Assembly: GCA_045863235.1 (NCBI GenBank)
Contig: BTUM01000013.1
Location: 59,817 to 123,816, forward strand
Length of the DNA: 64,000 nucleotides
DNA from: Candidatus Xenobia bacterium
GTDB lineage: Bacteria; Vulcanimicrobiota; Xenobia; Xenobiales; QWHO01
Reading direction: 5' to 3'
Below the pieces are notes generated by a model. That model saw only the letters and a list, made by a program, of their open reading frames with translations, was not told the DNA's origin and did no database searches. Shown here piece by piece: positions 49,369 to 59,224 of this stretch (within the stretch, counting starts at the first letter, position 1; every line of letters begins with the position of its first letter). The translations under genes were made by a program, and so were the position numbers.

Positions 49369-49440
49369 TTGACGGCGCAGTCCTCTCTCGCTAGACTGTA
49401 ACCATGGTTACATTGTCGCTTGCAGGATGGAAAATGTCAA
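49369..49440. promoter_or_regulatory. Face-to-face sigma70 promoters with shared palindromic operator
   Basis: + strand TTGACG(49369)-17-TAGACT(49392); - strand TTGACA(49440)-17-GACAAT(49417); TGTAACCATGGTTACA at 49397-49412. Confidence 0.75.
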
Positions 49441-49647
49441 GGAGACGAACGGAGGTCGCCGACTCGGGCGGACGTATTTCATCGTCGTTCGTATTGGCGG
49501 TGGCTCTCGGTTGGGCCCATAATCTCTCCTCTATTGGACGCCTACCCTCAATGCATGCGGTGTTCAGGTGGGTAGGCGGGTGTGTGGTCGGCATCCTTAT
49601 AGTCTACCCGCGGACACATTGAAGCCGAAGGAAACAAGCCCAGGCCC

Positions 49648-50082
49648 ATGACCAAGTGGCTGCTCATGGTGTATCGCGTTCCCCGGGATCCGAGTGCCTC
49701 GCGAGTGTACGTATGGCGCAAGCTGAAACAGCTCGGTGCTGCGGCCTTGCAGGACGCCGCCTGGGTGCTGCCGGCCACGCCCCGTACGCAAGAGCAGTTT
49801 CAATGGCTGGCTGCGGAAATCGTCGAACTGGGCGGCGAAGCCACGATCTTTGTTTCAGAGGTGTTGTTCGCCAGCGACAGGGATCGACTGACTGAAGGGT
49901 TCAACAAACCAGTGCAGGATGCATACCAGGAAATATTGACAGCATTGAAGAGCAAGGACCGAGACCTGGCTGCATTGTCTCGCAAATTCCAGCAGACTCA
50001 GGCTCAAGACTATTTCCAATTGGAACTGGGCGCAGAGGTGAGGGCAAAGTTGCTGGACGCACAAGGAATGAACGAATCATGA
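49648..50082 (+). CDS. chrB: ChrB N-terminal (DNA-binding) domain protein
   Basis: WLLMVYRVP…RVYVWRKLKQLGA…WVLP…I…GGEA…DYF. Confidence 0.82.
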   Translation: MTKWLLMVYRVPRDPSASRVYVWRKLKQLGAAALQDAAWVLPATPRTQEQFQWLAAEIVELGGEATIFVSEVLFASDRDRLTEGFNKPVQDAYQEILTALKSKDRDLAALSRKFQQTQAQDYFQLELGAEVRAKLLDAQGMNES

Positions 50083-50534
50083 AATGGGTCACCTGGGAAA
50101 GAGTCGGTGTGGACCGCATGGCGTGCGCATGGCTAATTCGCAAGCGGATCGACCCGAAAGCAATATTCCTTTTCGTGCCCGTCGGCCAAACGAAGGACCT
50201 GCCGAAAGGAGCCGAGCCGTTTGATATTCCAGGCGTCCGGCTCTCGCACCATCGTGGGCACTGCTCGTTTCACACGATGCTCAATGAATTCCAAATCGTC
50301 GACCCGATTCTCGAGCGGATCGCCAGGATCATTGACGAGGCGGATACCGTGCAAGAGGTGTGCGTGGAGCCGGCGGCGGCAGGCCTGGATTTGATCTGCG
50401 AGGGCCTGCGGCTCATTAGCCCCGACGATGATACGGCGCTCGACCACGGTGTCTTGATCTACGACGCCCTCTACGCGCGTTTGGCGGTTGAGCAAGCGGC
50501 AGGGAGTCAAGCGAATGATGGGTCACTCGGTTGA
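50079..50534 (+). CDS. ChrB C-terminal domain protein
   Basis: MKWVTWE…VDRMACAWLIRKRID, PFD…SH…CSF, IYDALYA; ATGA overlap with the upstream gene. Confidence 0.85.
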   Translation: MKWVTWERVGVDRMACAWLIRKRIDPKAIFLFVPVGQTKDLPKGAEPFDIPGVRLSHHRGHCSFHTMLNEFQIVDPILERIARIIDEADTVQEVCVEPAAAGLDLICEGLRLISPDDDTALDHGVLIYDALYARLAVEQAAGSQANDGSLG

Positions 50535-50636
50535 GACCTAAAGTAGATCGCCTCATATGTTCCCTGTCCCTTTCTTCTTGGCGGGCACGCTGAAAGTCGT
50601 CTATGCTCTGCTCGGGGCGTTCGTGGCCCGAGTGAC

Positions 50637-51680
50637 TCAATCATGGGAATGGCGGTGGTGGATATCCGGGTAGTGTGGGTGCGAATGCACCAGCCGCCGG
50701 TGGCGGTGGAAGTGGGTGTGAGGCTCGCCGCTCGGGGTATCAGAGCCGTGCTCGTGCTGATGATGCTCGTCATGCACATGCTCATGCGTGTGCTCGAGGT
50801 CCTCGTGAACGTGCTCATGCTCGTGGTGCTCGGTCAGGTGGAGGTAGACTCCAACGGCCATCAGCGCGGCGGCCACGAGAAAGCGCCAGTGGATCGGGTC
50901 TCGAAAGAGCACCAGCGACAGGGCGGCACCGGCGAACGGGGCGAGCGAGAAATACGCCCCGGTCCGGGCCGAGCCCAGATGGCGCAGGGCCAGCACGAAG
51001 AGCACCAGGCTGACCCCGTAACCGAAGAAGCCTACCAGGCCGGCGCCAGCGACCTCGAGTGCTCCAGGCCACCTCACCTGATGAAGTAGAGCCGCGATTG
51101 CCAGGTTGCAAGCGCCCGCCGCCCCGCCCTTCAGGGCAGCGATTCGAAGCGGATCTCCGCCCGAGACTTTTTGAGTAAGGTTATTGTCGACAGCCCAGCA
51201 GAAGCAAGCAGCCACGACCAGCAGGGCGCCCGGTGCGAGTTTCAACGAGCCCTCCCAGGACAGAAGCAGACCCCCGCTGACAATGGCCACCATCCCAAGA
51301 GCGATGCGGCGGTCGAAATTCTCCCGCATCACGAACCAGGCCAGCAGTGCCGTGAACACGCCCTCGAGGTTCAAGAGCAGCGAGCTCGTCGAGGCCGGCG
51401 TCGAGAGCAGGCCGTGCATCAGCAGAACCGGGCCCAGGACGCCACCGGCCAGAATCGCCGCTGCCAGCCAGAGCCATTCCCGCCCGTGAAGGCTTCCCTT
51501 CGGTGGGCGAACCAGGGTTGCCAGGCCGAGACCCAGCCCGGAGCCCAGGTAGAGGAGACCAGCCAGCATTTGAGGCGGCAGCTGGCCCAGCAGGAGCTTG
51601 GCCAGAGGAGTGCTGGCGCCAAAGAGCAGGGCTGCCAGAATTGCCGCGACGATTCCGTTCAAGGCGGCGGAAACCGCCAT
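50637..51680 (-). CDS. EamA/DMT transporter with His-rich C-terminal tail
   Basis: LFGASTP, AGLLYLGSG, SLLLNLE, WAVDNNLT; tail HHEHEHVHE…HPHYPDIHHRHSHD. Confidence 0.9.
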   Translation of the reverse strand: MAVSAALNGIVAAILAALLFGASTPLAKLLLGQLPPQMLAGLLYLGSGLGLGLATLVRPPKGSLHGREWLWLAAAILAGGVLGPVLLMHGLLSTPASTSSLLLNLEGVFTALLAWFVMRENFDRRIALGMVAIVSGGLLLSWEGSLKLAPGALLVVAACFCWAVDNNLTQKVSGGDPLRIAALKGGAAGACNLAIAALLHQVRWPGALEVAGAGLVGFFGYGVSLVLFVLALRHLGSARTGAYFSLAPFAGAALSLVLFRDPIHWRFLVAAALMAVGVYLHLTEHHEHEHVHEDLEHTHEHVHDEHHQHEHGSDTPSGEPHTHFHRHRRLVHSHPHYPDIHHRHSHD

Positions 51681-52332
51681 CCTTTAGCGCCGGCGAGCGC
51701 TTCGAACAGAATCACGGCCCGGTTCTCCTTGCTCACAGCCAATACGACCAGGGGCTTCTCAGCCTTATCCCTGAGCATGAACCGGATGGTTCCGTCCTCC
51801 ATGCAGTTCCATTCGCCGCGCGGAAGACCAGCGCTGTCTGCCAGATACATGCCGCCGCCATCCGGCGACATTCCGACCGCGACACGCACTGTCTGCTTTT
51901 CGTCCCGGACATACAGGCCGGGCGTCTCCTTGACGATGCGAAACTCGGAGCGCAGGCTCTGGCGGGCGTCAAACAAGGAGAGCCCACCGCCTTGCTCCTC
52001 GGCCCCCATGGCGAGACGCACCCTGCCTTCAGGGTCGAGCATGTGAAGGGATAGGATACCGCGTCCTTACCGAGCGCCAGGCGAACTCTCTCCCGACCGT
52101 CTTCGGTCCGCATCGAGAGATGGGGTTCCGGGGCACTGGCATCGAGCCGGATCCGCTCCTTGCCCGAGTGATCGCAAAGTGCGAGCACTGTAGGCCTGGT
52201 CGTGCCGCGAAGGTGGGCTACAACCACCACAATCAAAACCAGGTTGACCGCGGACAGGGCCACGCAAACAACTCCCAACCAACGCAGGCGCTGCTCTACT
52301 CGAGTGATTCGGCGTTGGGTCCGGTCATCCAT
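51659..52332 (-). pseudogene. Membrane-anchored beta-repeat protein, frameshifted by a 5-bp duplication
   Basis: ORFs 52332 and 52042 share D.xG+.R+.L repeats; removing one GGATA of GGATAGGATA (52049-52058) gives a single 669-bp frame. Confidence 0.75.
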
Positions 52333-55300
52333 CGGTAGCTACCTCGTCGTCTTTCCGGTGGGCGCTGTAGTAAAGAGCAGGTAAGACCAGCAACGTGAGA
52401 GCGGTCGAAGACAGGATGCCCCCGATCACCACGGTGGCCAGCGGCCTCTGGACCTCCGCCCCCACTCCGTGAGACAGGGCCATCGGGATGAACCCGACCG
52501 AGGCTACCAGAGCGGTCATCAGGACCGGCCGCAGGCGCGTGAGCGAGCCGGTCTCAACAGCCTCGCGAAGGGGCATCCCCTCCGAGCGGAGCTTCTTGAT
52601 GAAGGACACCATCACGAGACCATTGAGCACGGCCACCCCTGACAGTGCGATGAATCCAACCGCAGCAGAGATTGAGAGAGGAATGCCTCGCACCCACAGA
52701 CCCACGACGCCGCCTGTCAGGGCCAGAGGGACGCCCGTAAAGACCAGCATGGCGTCACGCGCGCTCTCGAGTGTCGTGAAGAGCAGCACGAAAATCAACA
52801 CCAGCGAGATCAAAACCACGACCTGAAGCCGCTTGGCAGCCGAGATGAGGTGCTCGAACTGACCGCCCCACTCCAACCAGTAGCCGGGCGGGATCTCCAC
52901 GTCTTCCCGGATGCGCGACTGGGCCTCGACGACGAAACTGCCCAGATCGCGACCCCTGACGTTGGCTGTGATGGTGGCGTGGCGCTTTCCGTTCTCCCGG
53001 TTCACCTGGTTGGGGCCTGGTGCCAGCTCGAAACGAGTGACGGCACCCAGCGGCACGTAGTTCGCCCCCTCCCTGGTTGTCGGTAGCGGGACCGGAATCC
53101 GCTCGAGCGCCTGAGTGTCCCCTCGCAAGTTATCCGGTAAGCGGACGATGATCGGGAAGCGCCGGTCGCCCTCCACCAACTCGCCGGCCGTGCTGCCGCC
53201 AATGGCCGTCTGGATGACCTCTTGCACGTCTTCCGCCGAGAGTCCGTAGCGCGCCATAGCCTCCCAGTCCAGCTCGATGGTCAGGAAGGGCAGGCCGGTG
53301 GCTTGCTCGGCCCGGACGTCTGAAGCACCCGGGATGGTCTTGAGGACGGCCTCGATCTTCTTGCCCACCTCCTCCAGCGTGGCCATGTCGTCCCCAAACA
53401 CTTTGACTCCGACGTCGCTGCGGACGCCGGCAATCAACTCGTTGAAGCGCATCTCGATGGGCTGGATGAACTCGTACTTGTTGCCCGGGATCTGGTTGAG
53501 CCGGGCCTCCATCTTGGCCACCAGGCCGGCTTTGGGAAGCGAAGGGTCGGGCCACTCCGAGCGCGGCTTGAGCATCACATAGACGTCTGCCACGCTGGGA
53601 GGCATGGGGTCCGTGGCGATCTCGGCCGTTCCGATCTTGGCGAAGACGTGGCTGACCTCCGGGAACCTGGCGATCTCCGTTTCGAGCATCGACTGCATCG
53701 AAACGGCCTGGTCGAGCCCCGTCCCGGGAATTCGCAGGGCGTGGATCAAGAGCTCGCCCTCGTCAAGACTGGGTAGGAACTCGCTTCCCATGCGACTGGC
53801 CAGCAGCAGGGTCCCCGCAAACAGGCCGCAAGCGGCCAGAATCACGAGCAGGCGGGCCCGCAAGGCAAAGGTGAGGATCGGTCGGTACAAACGGCGGGCC
53901 CACCGCATCAGCGGGTTCTCCGACTCCGACATCCTCCCACTCATCAAAAAGAGCAGGGCGGCCGGCACGAACGTGATCGCAAACAGCATCGAGCCGAGCA
54001 GCGCCGCGATCACGGTGAAGGCCATGGGGTGGAACATCTTGCCTTCGATCCCGGTGAGGCTCAAGATCGGCAGGTAGATCACCATGATGATGAAGACGCC
54101 GAACACGCTGGGCTGCAGCACCTCGAGCGAAGCCTCGCGGATGGTCTCGAATCGATCGGAGAAGCCGAGCACCCGACCCAGGCGATGCTGGGCCTCGCTC
54201 AGCCTTCGCAGGCAGTTCTCCACGATGATGATGGCACCGTCCACGATGATGCCGAAGTCGATGGCGCCCAGGCTGAGGAGGTTGCCGCTTACGCCGTAGG
54301 TGACCATCCCGGTGACCGCAAAGGCCATCGAGAGCGGGATGATGAGCGCTGTTACGAGAGCTGCCCGGAAGTTTCCGAGTAACAGGAAAAGGATGGCGAC
54401 CACCAGGATCGCACCCTCGAGCAGGTTCTGCTGCACCGTGTGAAGTGTGGCATTGACCAGCCGGGTGCGGTCGTAAACCGTGACCGCCTGAACGCCCTCG
54501 GGAAGAGTCCGGTTGATCTCCTCCATCTTTTTACTGACACGCTGCGACACCGTGCGGCTGTTCTCACCGATCAGCATGAACACGGTGCCCAGAATGGCTT
54601 CCTTGCCGTCCCGGGTCGCGGCCCCGGTGCGCAGCTCCTTGCCGAGGGCGACGCTGGCCACGTCCTTGACATAGATCGGAATTCCCTGGCGCGTCGCCAC
54701 CACGATATTCGCGATCTGCTCCAGGCTCACGATCCGGCCGGTCGATCGGATGAGATACTGCTGGCCGTTGCGTTCGATGTAGCCGGCCCCGACGTTGGCA
54801 TTGTTTCGACTCAGGGCGGCGACCAGGTCTTGAAAGGTCAGCCCGTAGGCGACCAACTTCTCCGGCAGCGGGTTCACGTGGTACTCTCGCGAATAGCCGC
54901 CGATGCTGTTGACATCGGTGACTCCGGGGATGTTCTTCAGTTGTGGACGAATAATCCAGTCCTGGATTGTGCGCAGGTCGGAGAGGGAATACTTCTCCTC
55001 GGATTCCTTGTCGGTCTGCACGGTCCAGAGGAAGATCTCTCCCAGGCCGGTCGCGATGGGGCCCATGGTGGGCTCGAGCCCGGGAGGCAGGCTCTCCTTG
55101 ATCGCCTGCAGGCGCTCGGTGATGAGCTGGCGCACGAAGTAGATGTTCGTTCCGTCCTCGAAGACCACGGTGACCTGTGAGAGCCCGTAGCGCGAGATGG
55201 AGCGCGTGTAACTCAGGCGGGGCAAACCGGCCAGGCTGGTCTCGACCAGGAACGTGACACGCTGCTCGACCTCCAGCGGCGAAAAACCGGGCGCCTCCGT

Positions 55301-55450
55301 GTTGATCTGGACCTGGACGTTGGTGATGTCCGGGACCGCGTCGATCGGGAGTCGGCGGAAGTTGTAGACGCCCAGCAAGAGCGTAGCGAGAGCCAACAGG
55401 ACCACCAGCGTCCGCTGCCTCAGCGAGTAGAGCAGAATCGATCTCAGCAT
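52325..55450 (-). CDS. czcA: Heavy-metal RND efflux permease
   Basis: DAVPDITNVQVQ, GAIDFGIIVDGA, GVAVLNG, RLRPVLMTA. Confidence 0.95.
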   Translation of the reverse strand: MLRSILLYSLRQRTLVVLLALATLLLGVYNFRRLPIDAVPDITNVQVQINTEAPGFSPLEVEQRVTFLVETSLAGLPRLSYTRSISRYGLSQVTVVFEDGTNIYFVRQLITERLQAIKESLPPGLEPTMGPIATGLGEIFLWTVQTDKESEEKYSLSDLRTIQDWIIRPQLKNIPGVTDVNSIGGYSREYHVNPLPEKLVAYGLTFQDLVAALSRNNANVGAGYIERNGQQYLIRSTGRIVSLEQIANIVVATRQGIPIYVKDVASVALGKELRTGAATRDGKEAILGTVFMLIGENSRTVSQRVSKKMEEINRTLPEGVQAVTVYDRTRLVNATLHTVQQNLLEGAILVVAILFLLLGNFRAALVTALIIPLSMAFAVTGMVTYGVSGNLLSLGAIDFGIIVDGAIIIVENCLRRLSEAQHRLGRVLGFSDRFETIREASLEVLQPSVFGVFIIMVIYLPILSLTGIEGKMFHPMAFTVIAALLGSMLFAITFVPAALLFLMSGRMSESENPLMRWARRLYRPILTFALRARLLVILAACGLFAGTLLLASRMGSEFLPSLDEGELLIHALRIPGTGLDQAVSMQSMLETEIARFPEVSHVFAKIGTAEIATDPMPPSVADVYVMLKPRSEWPDPSLPKAGLVAKMEARLNQIPGNKYEFIQPIEMRFNELIAGVRSDVGVKVFGDDMATLEEVGKKIEAVLKTIPGASDVRAEQATGLPFLTIELDWEAMARYGLSAEDVQEVIQTAIGGSTAGELVEGDRRFPIIVRLPDNLRGDTQALERIPVPLPTTREGANYVPLGAVTRFELAPGPNQVNRENGKRHATITANVRGRDLGSFVVEAQSRIREDVEIPPGYWLEWGGQFEHLISAAKRLQVVVLISLVLIFVLLFTTLESARDAMLVFTGVPLALTGGVVGLWVRGIPLSISAAVGFIALSGVAVLNGLVMVSFIKKLRSEGMPLREAVETGSLTRLRPVLMTALVASVGFIPMALSHGVGAEVQRPLATVVIGGILSSTALTLLVLPALYYSAHRKDDEVATDG

Positions 55451-55459
55451 GGGAGCCTC

Positions 55460-57178
55460 TCAGTGGTCATGGGTGGCCCCCGACTTCTCCAGGTCAGCCT
55501 TGAGGATGTAGCTCCCCTCGGTGACGTACGTCGCTCCGGGCCAGAGGCCCGTAATCTCGACCCACTCCTCGCTGCGGCGGCCAATCTCGACGGGACGAAC
55601 CTCATACTCGTCACCCGACTTAATGAACACGACGTCCCAATCGCGGAAGGTCTGCAGCGCCGAGGGCCGGACGGCCAGGCCGAGCTCCTCGCGCAGGTTG
55701 CCCTCCAGGAAGACGCGCACGAACTGGCCCGGTCGCAGCTTGCCGGCCCGGTTCGGCAGCAACAGCCGGCCCTGTGCCGAGCGGGTCTCGGCGCCGACCA
55801 GCGGACCGATGTAGCTTAAGGTCGTCTGCAGCGGGGAAGCCAGGCCGGCACCCTCGACGCGGGCCCTCTGGCCGACCCGCACCTGGGCCAGGTCCTTCTC
55901 GGGAATGGAGACGCTGACCCAGATCGTGGAGAGGTCAGCCACCTGGAAGAGCGGCTCTCCTGAAGCCTCCACAAATTCGCCCTGCACGACGTCGCGCTCG
56001 ATGACCGTCCCGGCCACGGGAGAGCGCAGCACGACGCTGTCCGCGCCGCTGCCGGCCACGCCCAGGACGTCCATCTTGCGTCGTGCAAAGTCGGCTCGGT
56101 GCTGTTCCTCGTCGACCTTGCGCTCGAGCTCCGGAAGCGTTTCGATGCGATGACGCAGAGCCTCTTCGAATCGTCCGGTGTAATCCGCTCGAGCCGTCTC
56201 CAGCGCGTAGCGCGCAGCCTCGACCTCTTTGCGGCTCACGAGCTTGCTCTGGTAGAGGGTCTCCTGCCGCTTGAGCGTATCCCGAGCATTCCTGACGGCG
56301 CTGTAAGCTTCCAGGAGCTCGGCCTTCTCCATTCCCACACGCATCTTGAGCAGGTCACGATGGATGGAGTCGAAGTCGCCTCCTCGGGCCAGGCGCTTGG
56401 CGACCTGCTCCAGGTTATTCGTCAGGTCTTGCTCGCGGCGCAAGACGGTCTGGGCCAGAGCGAGCTCGTGCTGCGCCTCTTGGAGAGTGTGCCACAGATC
56501 GGTCAACTCTGAGCTGCTGACCTCGGCTAAAGGCTCGCCTTCCTGAACCAGCGAGCCCTGACGCACATAGATGCGAGTCACCGTGCCGGCCAGGGGAGAA
56601 ACGACGTGGCCGGTGGCCTCCGCGTTGAGAGCCAGCGTTCCTGGCAACTCCAAGGTTCCCGTTACCTCGACTGATCTCGCCTTCTCGATTGTGATCCCGG
56701 CGCGCTCAGCTGCCTCCTGGGACATCTGGACTCGCCCCTCGCGCTGGGAGTAGCTCCAGACATGGTCGTGGCCGCCCTCCTTAACCAGCACGCGCGCGTC
56801 GAACGAGTGCGGCTCGACGATCTCGAGATCTCCACGGAGGTAGTCCTCCTCAGGCTTGAAATGAACGGTTTCTTTCGGCTGGCCGAGCCGCTCGAGCTCG
56901 ACTGTGGCCTCGACTCCGACGGGCGGGAGCGGCTTTCCGTCTCGATAGAGGTAGAGACGGAATTCAGGCGGCACCCCGCTTTCATAGATGGTTACCTCAG
57001 TCTCGAAGCCGCCTTCCTTGAACAGTTTGCCGCCGTGCGGCCCCTTCGGAATGGCCCCCGGAGTCGGAGACTCGGGCGCCGGGTGATCCGTCGATGGTTC
57101 TCCCGTGGACGGTGGGCTCGAGCAACCCGTGAGCCACAGGCAGGCGCTTAAGCAGATCAGGGTCAGGAATCGTTTCAT
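55460..57178 (-). CDS. czcB: RND periplasmic adaptor with N-terminal extra domain
   Basis: Lipobox LTGC; GPHGG…E.GVPPEFRLY domain; lipoyl motifs; C-terminal THDH. Confidence 0.88.
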   Translation of the reverse strand: MKRFLTLICLSACLWLTGCSSPPSTGEPSTDHPAPESPTPGAIPKGPHGGKLFKEGGFETEVTIYESGVPPEFRLYLYRDGKPLPPVGVEATVELERLGQPKETVHFKPEEDYLRGDLEIVEPHSFDARVLVKEGGHDHVWSYSQREGRVQMSQEAAERAGITIEKARSVEVTGTLELPGTLALNAEATGHVVSPLAGTVTRIYVRQGSLVQEGEPLAEVSSSELTDLWHTLQEAQHELALAQTVLRREQDLTNNLEQVAKRLARGGDFDSIHRDLLKMRVGMEKAELLEAYSAVRNARDTLKRQETLYQSKLVSRKEVEAARYALETARADYTGRFEEALRHRIETLPELERKVDEEQHRADFARRKMDVLGVAGSGADSVVLRSPVAGTVIERDVVQGEFVEASGEPLFQVADLSTIWVSVSIPEKDLAQVRVGQRARVEGAGLASPLQTTLSYIGPLVGAETRSAQGRLLLPNRAGKLRPGQFVRVFLEGNLREELGLAVRPSALQTFRDWDVVFIKSGDEYEVRPVEIGRRSEEWVEITGLWPGATYVTEGSYILKADLEKSGATHDH

Positions 57179-58479
57179 GGGGCCTCCTGCTGCGTCGGGG
57201 GCGTCCCGGACAGTGGCCCCCCGACGGCGGTTTCAAGTTCGATCTGGGCGGCTCGAGCCGCGTAGTCGGCCTGCAGCACCTGCTCGGCCATGCGCTGGTA
57301 GGCCTCTCGGGCGGCGATCACTTCGAACTGGGTGCGCATCCCCAGCTCATAGGCTTGCTGGACGATGCGGAGGAATTCCCGGGCTCGCTCCAGGCCCGTC
57401 TGGCGCAGCTCACGCGCCGCCTCGTCCGCGGCCAGCAGGGTATCCCAGGCGCGGGCCACGTCCCGGTCGATGGTTTGCAGCAAGGCGGCCTCATCGAGCC
57501 GGGCCGCCTCGGCCAGTGCTCGGGCCTGCTCAATGTTGCCCTCGTTGGTATCGAAGATGGTGAGCGGGATCTCCAGTTGCACGTTGGCCGCCACTCCGGA
57601 GTCATCGAGCGAGACGATCGATGGCTGGAAAGAGCTTGACGGAATGTAGAGCCTCTCATGACCGACCCCCACCTTGAGGTTGAGATCGCCCGAGGCTCGG
57701 GCTTCCTCCAGCCCGATCTGCATCTCTTGAACTCGGGTTCGGGCGAGTGCCTGCAGTCGGTCCGGACGCTCGGCCCGAGCCCGGGCCTGGAGGGCTTCAA
57801 GAGATAGCTGCGAGAGCTCGGGCGCTGGACCGAGCTCGGCAGGAAAGGGGGCTTGATCGGGACCGACCCAGACCTCGAGTGACCGCCAGGCGGCCCGCTC
57901 TCGGCCCAGGGCCTGGGAATGGAGCGCCTTGCGCCGGGCCACTTCGGCCTCGAGCTCCAGCAGGTCGACCTCGGCTACGTCGCCGGCTTGTAGCCGCTTT
58001 CGCGTCGCATCAAGCTGCATCTGGGCAACCTGCAGAAGCTCGTCCTGCAAGCTGGCGAGCCCCTGGGCCAGGGCCAGGTCGGCCAGAGCCTGGTGGACAT
58101 CCCGGCGGAGGCGGTTTTGCTGGTCAATCAGGCCGAGCTCGGCCAGGGCCAGCTGAGCCTCAGCCAGGTGAATACGGGCCTGCCGCTTGCCGCCCAGCTC
58201 GATAGGCTGCGAGTAGTAGAGGCCGATATCGCTGACAACACTCAGGTCATGCGAGCCCTGGATACCAAGGCTGGGATTGGGCGACATCCCGGCCTGGAGC
58301 AAAGCCCCGCGTGCCGCCTGGGCTCGAGCCTGGGCGGCCTGGAGAGCGGGACTGCGCTCCTCTGCCAGGCGGTAAACCTGGTCCAAACTTGGGGAGGAGG
58401 TATCAGCCGGCTGAGCTCCGGCTGCGGCGTAGAGCAACCAAACGCATAGAAGCGCCGTCACTCTCTGAGTGAGCGACAT
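57175..58479 (-). CDS. czcC: TolC-family outer membrane factor
   Basis: PNPSL, SQPIELGGKRQAR, IPLTIFDTNEGNI. Confidence 0.88.
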   Translation of the reverse strand: MSLTQRVTALLCVWLLYAAAGAQPADTSSPSLDQVYRLAEERSPALQAAQARAQAARGALLQAGMSPNPSLGIQGSHDLSVVSDIGLYYSQPIELGGKRQARIHLAEAQLALAELGLIDQQNRLRRDVHQALADLALAQGLASLQDELLQVAQMQLDATRKRLQAGDVAEVDLLELEAEVARRKALHSQALGRERAAWRSLEVWVGPDQAPFPAELGPAPELSQLSLEALQARARAERPDRLQALARTRVQEMQIGLEEARASGDLNLKVGVGHERLYIPSSSFQPSIVSLDDSGVAANVQLEIPLTIFDTNEGNIEQARALAEAARLDEAALLQTIDRDVARAWDTLLAADEAARELRQTGLERAREFLRIVQQAYELGMRTQFEVIAAREAYQRMAEQVLQADYAARAAQIELETAVGGPLSGTPPTQQEAP

Positions 58480-58590
58480 GAACGGGTACCCCTTTCGCGC
58501 TGGAAGCAGCGCAGCAGGCCTGATCGCTGAGGAATCAGCGGAGAAACGCGAGTCAGCCCGACCCGATCGGGTGGGCTAATGGAAGACCTG

Positions 58591-58929
58591 CTAGGCTACG
58601 GGAGGGCCGCGGCGCGAAGGACCGCGAGGCAGGGAGGGGTGTAACGGCGTGCCTTCGTCTCGGGGTGGGAGGACGGGCTCCAGGCGAGGGTCGTGTGCGG
58701 TGCAAGCCAGCAGCGGCACCAACGCCGGCGGAACTGTGTCCGTTACTGGGAGGGGTAAGTTGGTCTGGGTCCGGAGCGCCATTGAGTACACCGGCTTCTC
58801 CGGGCCATGATCGTGGTGCGCGGACTCGAACAGGTCATGGCCCCAGGTGGCCAGCCACATGCCGACTACCAGGAGAATCACGAGAGTGGAGCCGGAACCT
58901 CGCTTCCGCACGGGTCGTCCTTTGACCAA
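58591..58929 (-). CDS. Small exported His-containing leader protein ending RGPP (CzcI/DUF2946-like)
   Basis: TM/signal, HDLFESAHHDH, Pro-rich C-terminus …PRGPSRRGPPVA; first gene before czcCBA. Confidence 0.6.
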   Translation of the reverse strand: MVKGRPVRKRGSGSTLVILLVVGMWLATWGHDLFESAHHDHGPEKPVYSMALRTQTNLPLPVTDTVPPALVPLLACTAHDPRLEPVLPPRDEGTPLHPSLPRGPSRRGPPVA

Positions 58930-58973
58930 TAGGAAGCTGTTCCTTCAAGCGCATCCAGAGGTTCAGCTGGGGC

Positions 58974-59172
58974 AGGTAGGGGTTAGCTTTGCCGTTGGCG
59001 CCTGTGGAAAGCTTGAACAACTTCGTGTGTAAGAGGGGGAAGTTGTTCAACCTTACCACAGGTCCGGGAGCCTCGTCATGGCGGGAGTTACATAGATAAT
59101 GAAAACAGGCCGGCTAAACAGAGGTCACTGCTTGGGGCAAGTCACGTCAAGACCAAGTATAAATATATGGAA
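58974..59172 (-). repeat. ~200-bp structured element, copy A (inverted relative to copy B)
   Basis: Reverse complement aligns with 60308-60508; 62-bp hairpin at 59001-59062. Confidence 0.85.
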
Positions 59173-59224
59173 CGGAATGGATTATTGCGAATAGGAGCGG
59201 CCGTGATGAGTTGGTGCGGCTGGC

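Noticed and set aside
49495..49546. Fluoride riboswitch in the chrB leader
   Set aside because: GGCGGTGG…GACGCCTAC is only superficially similar; the first stem does not form.
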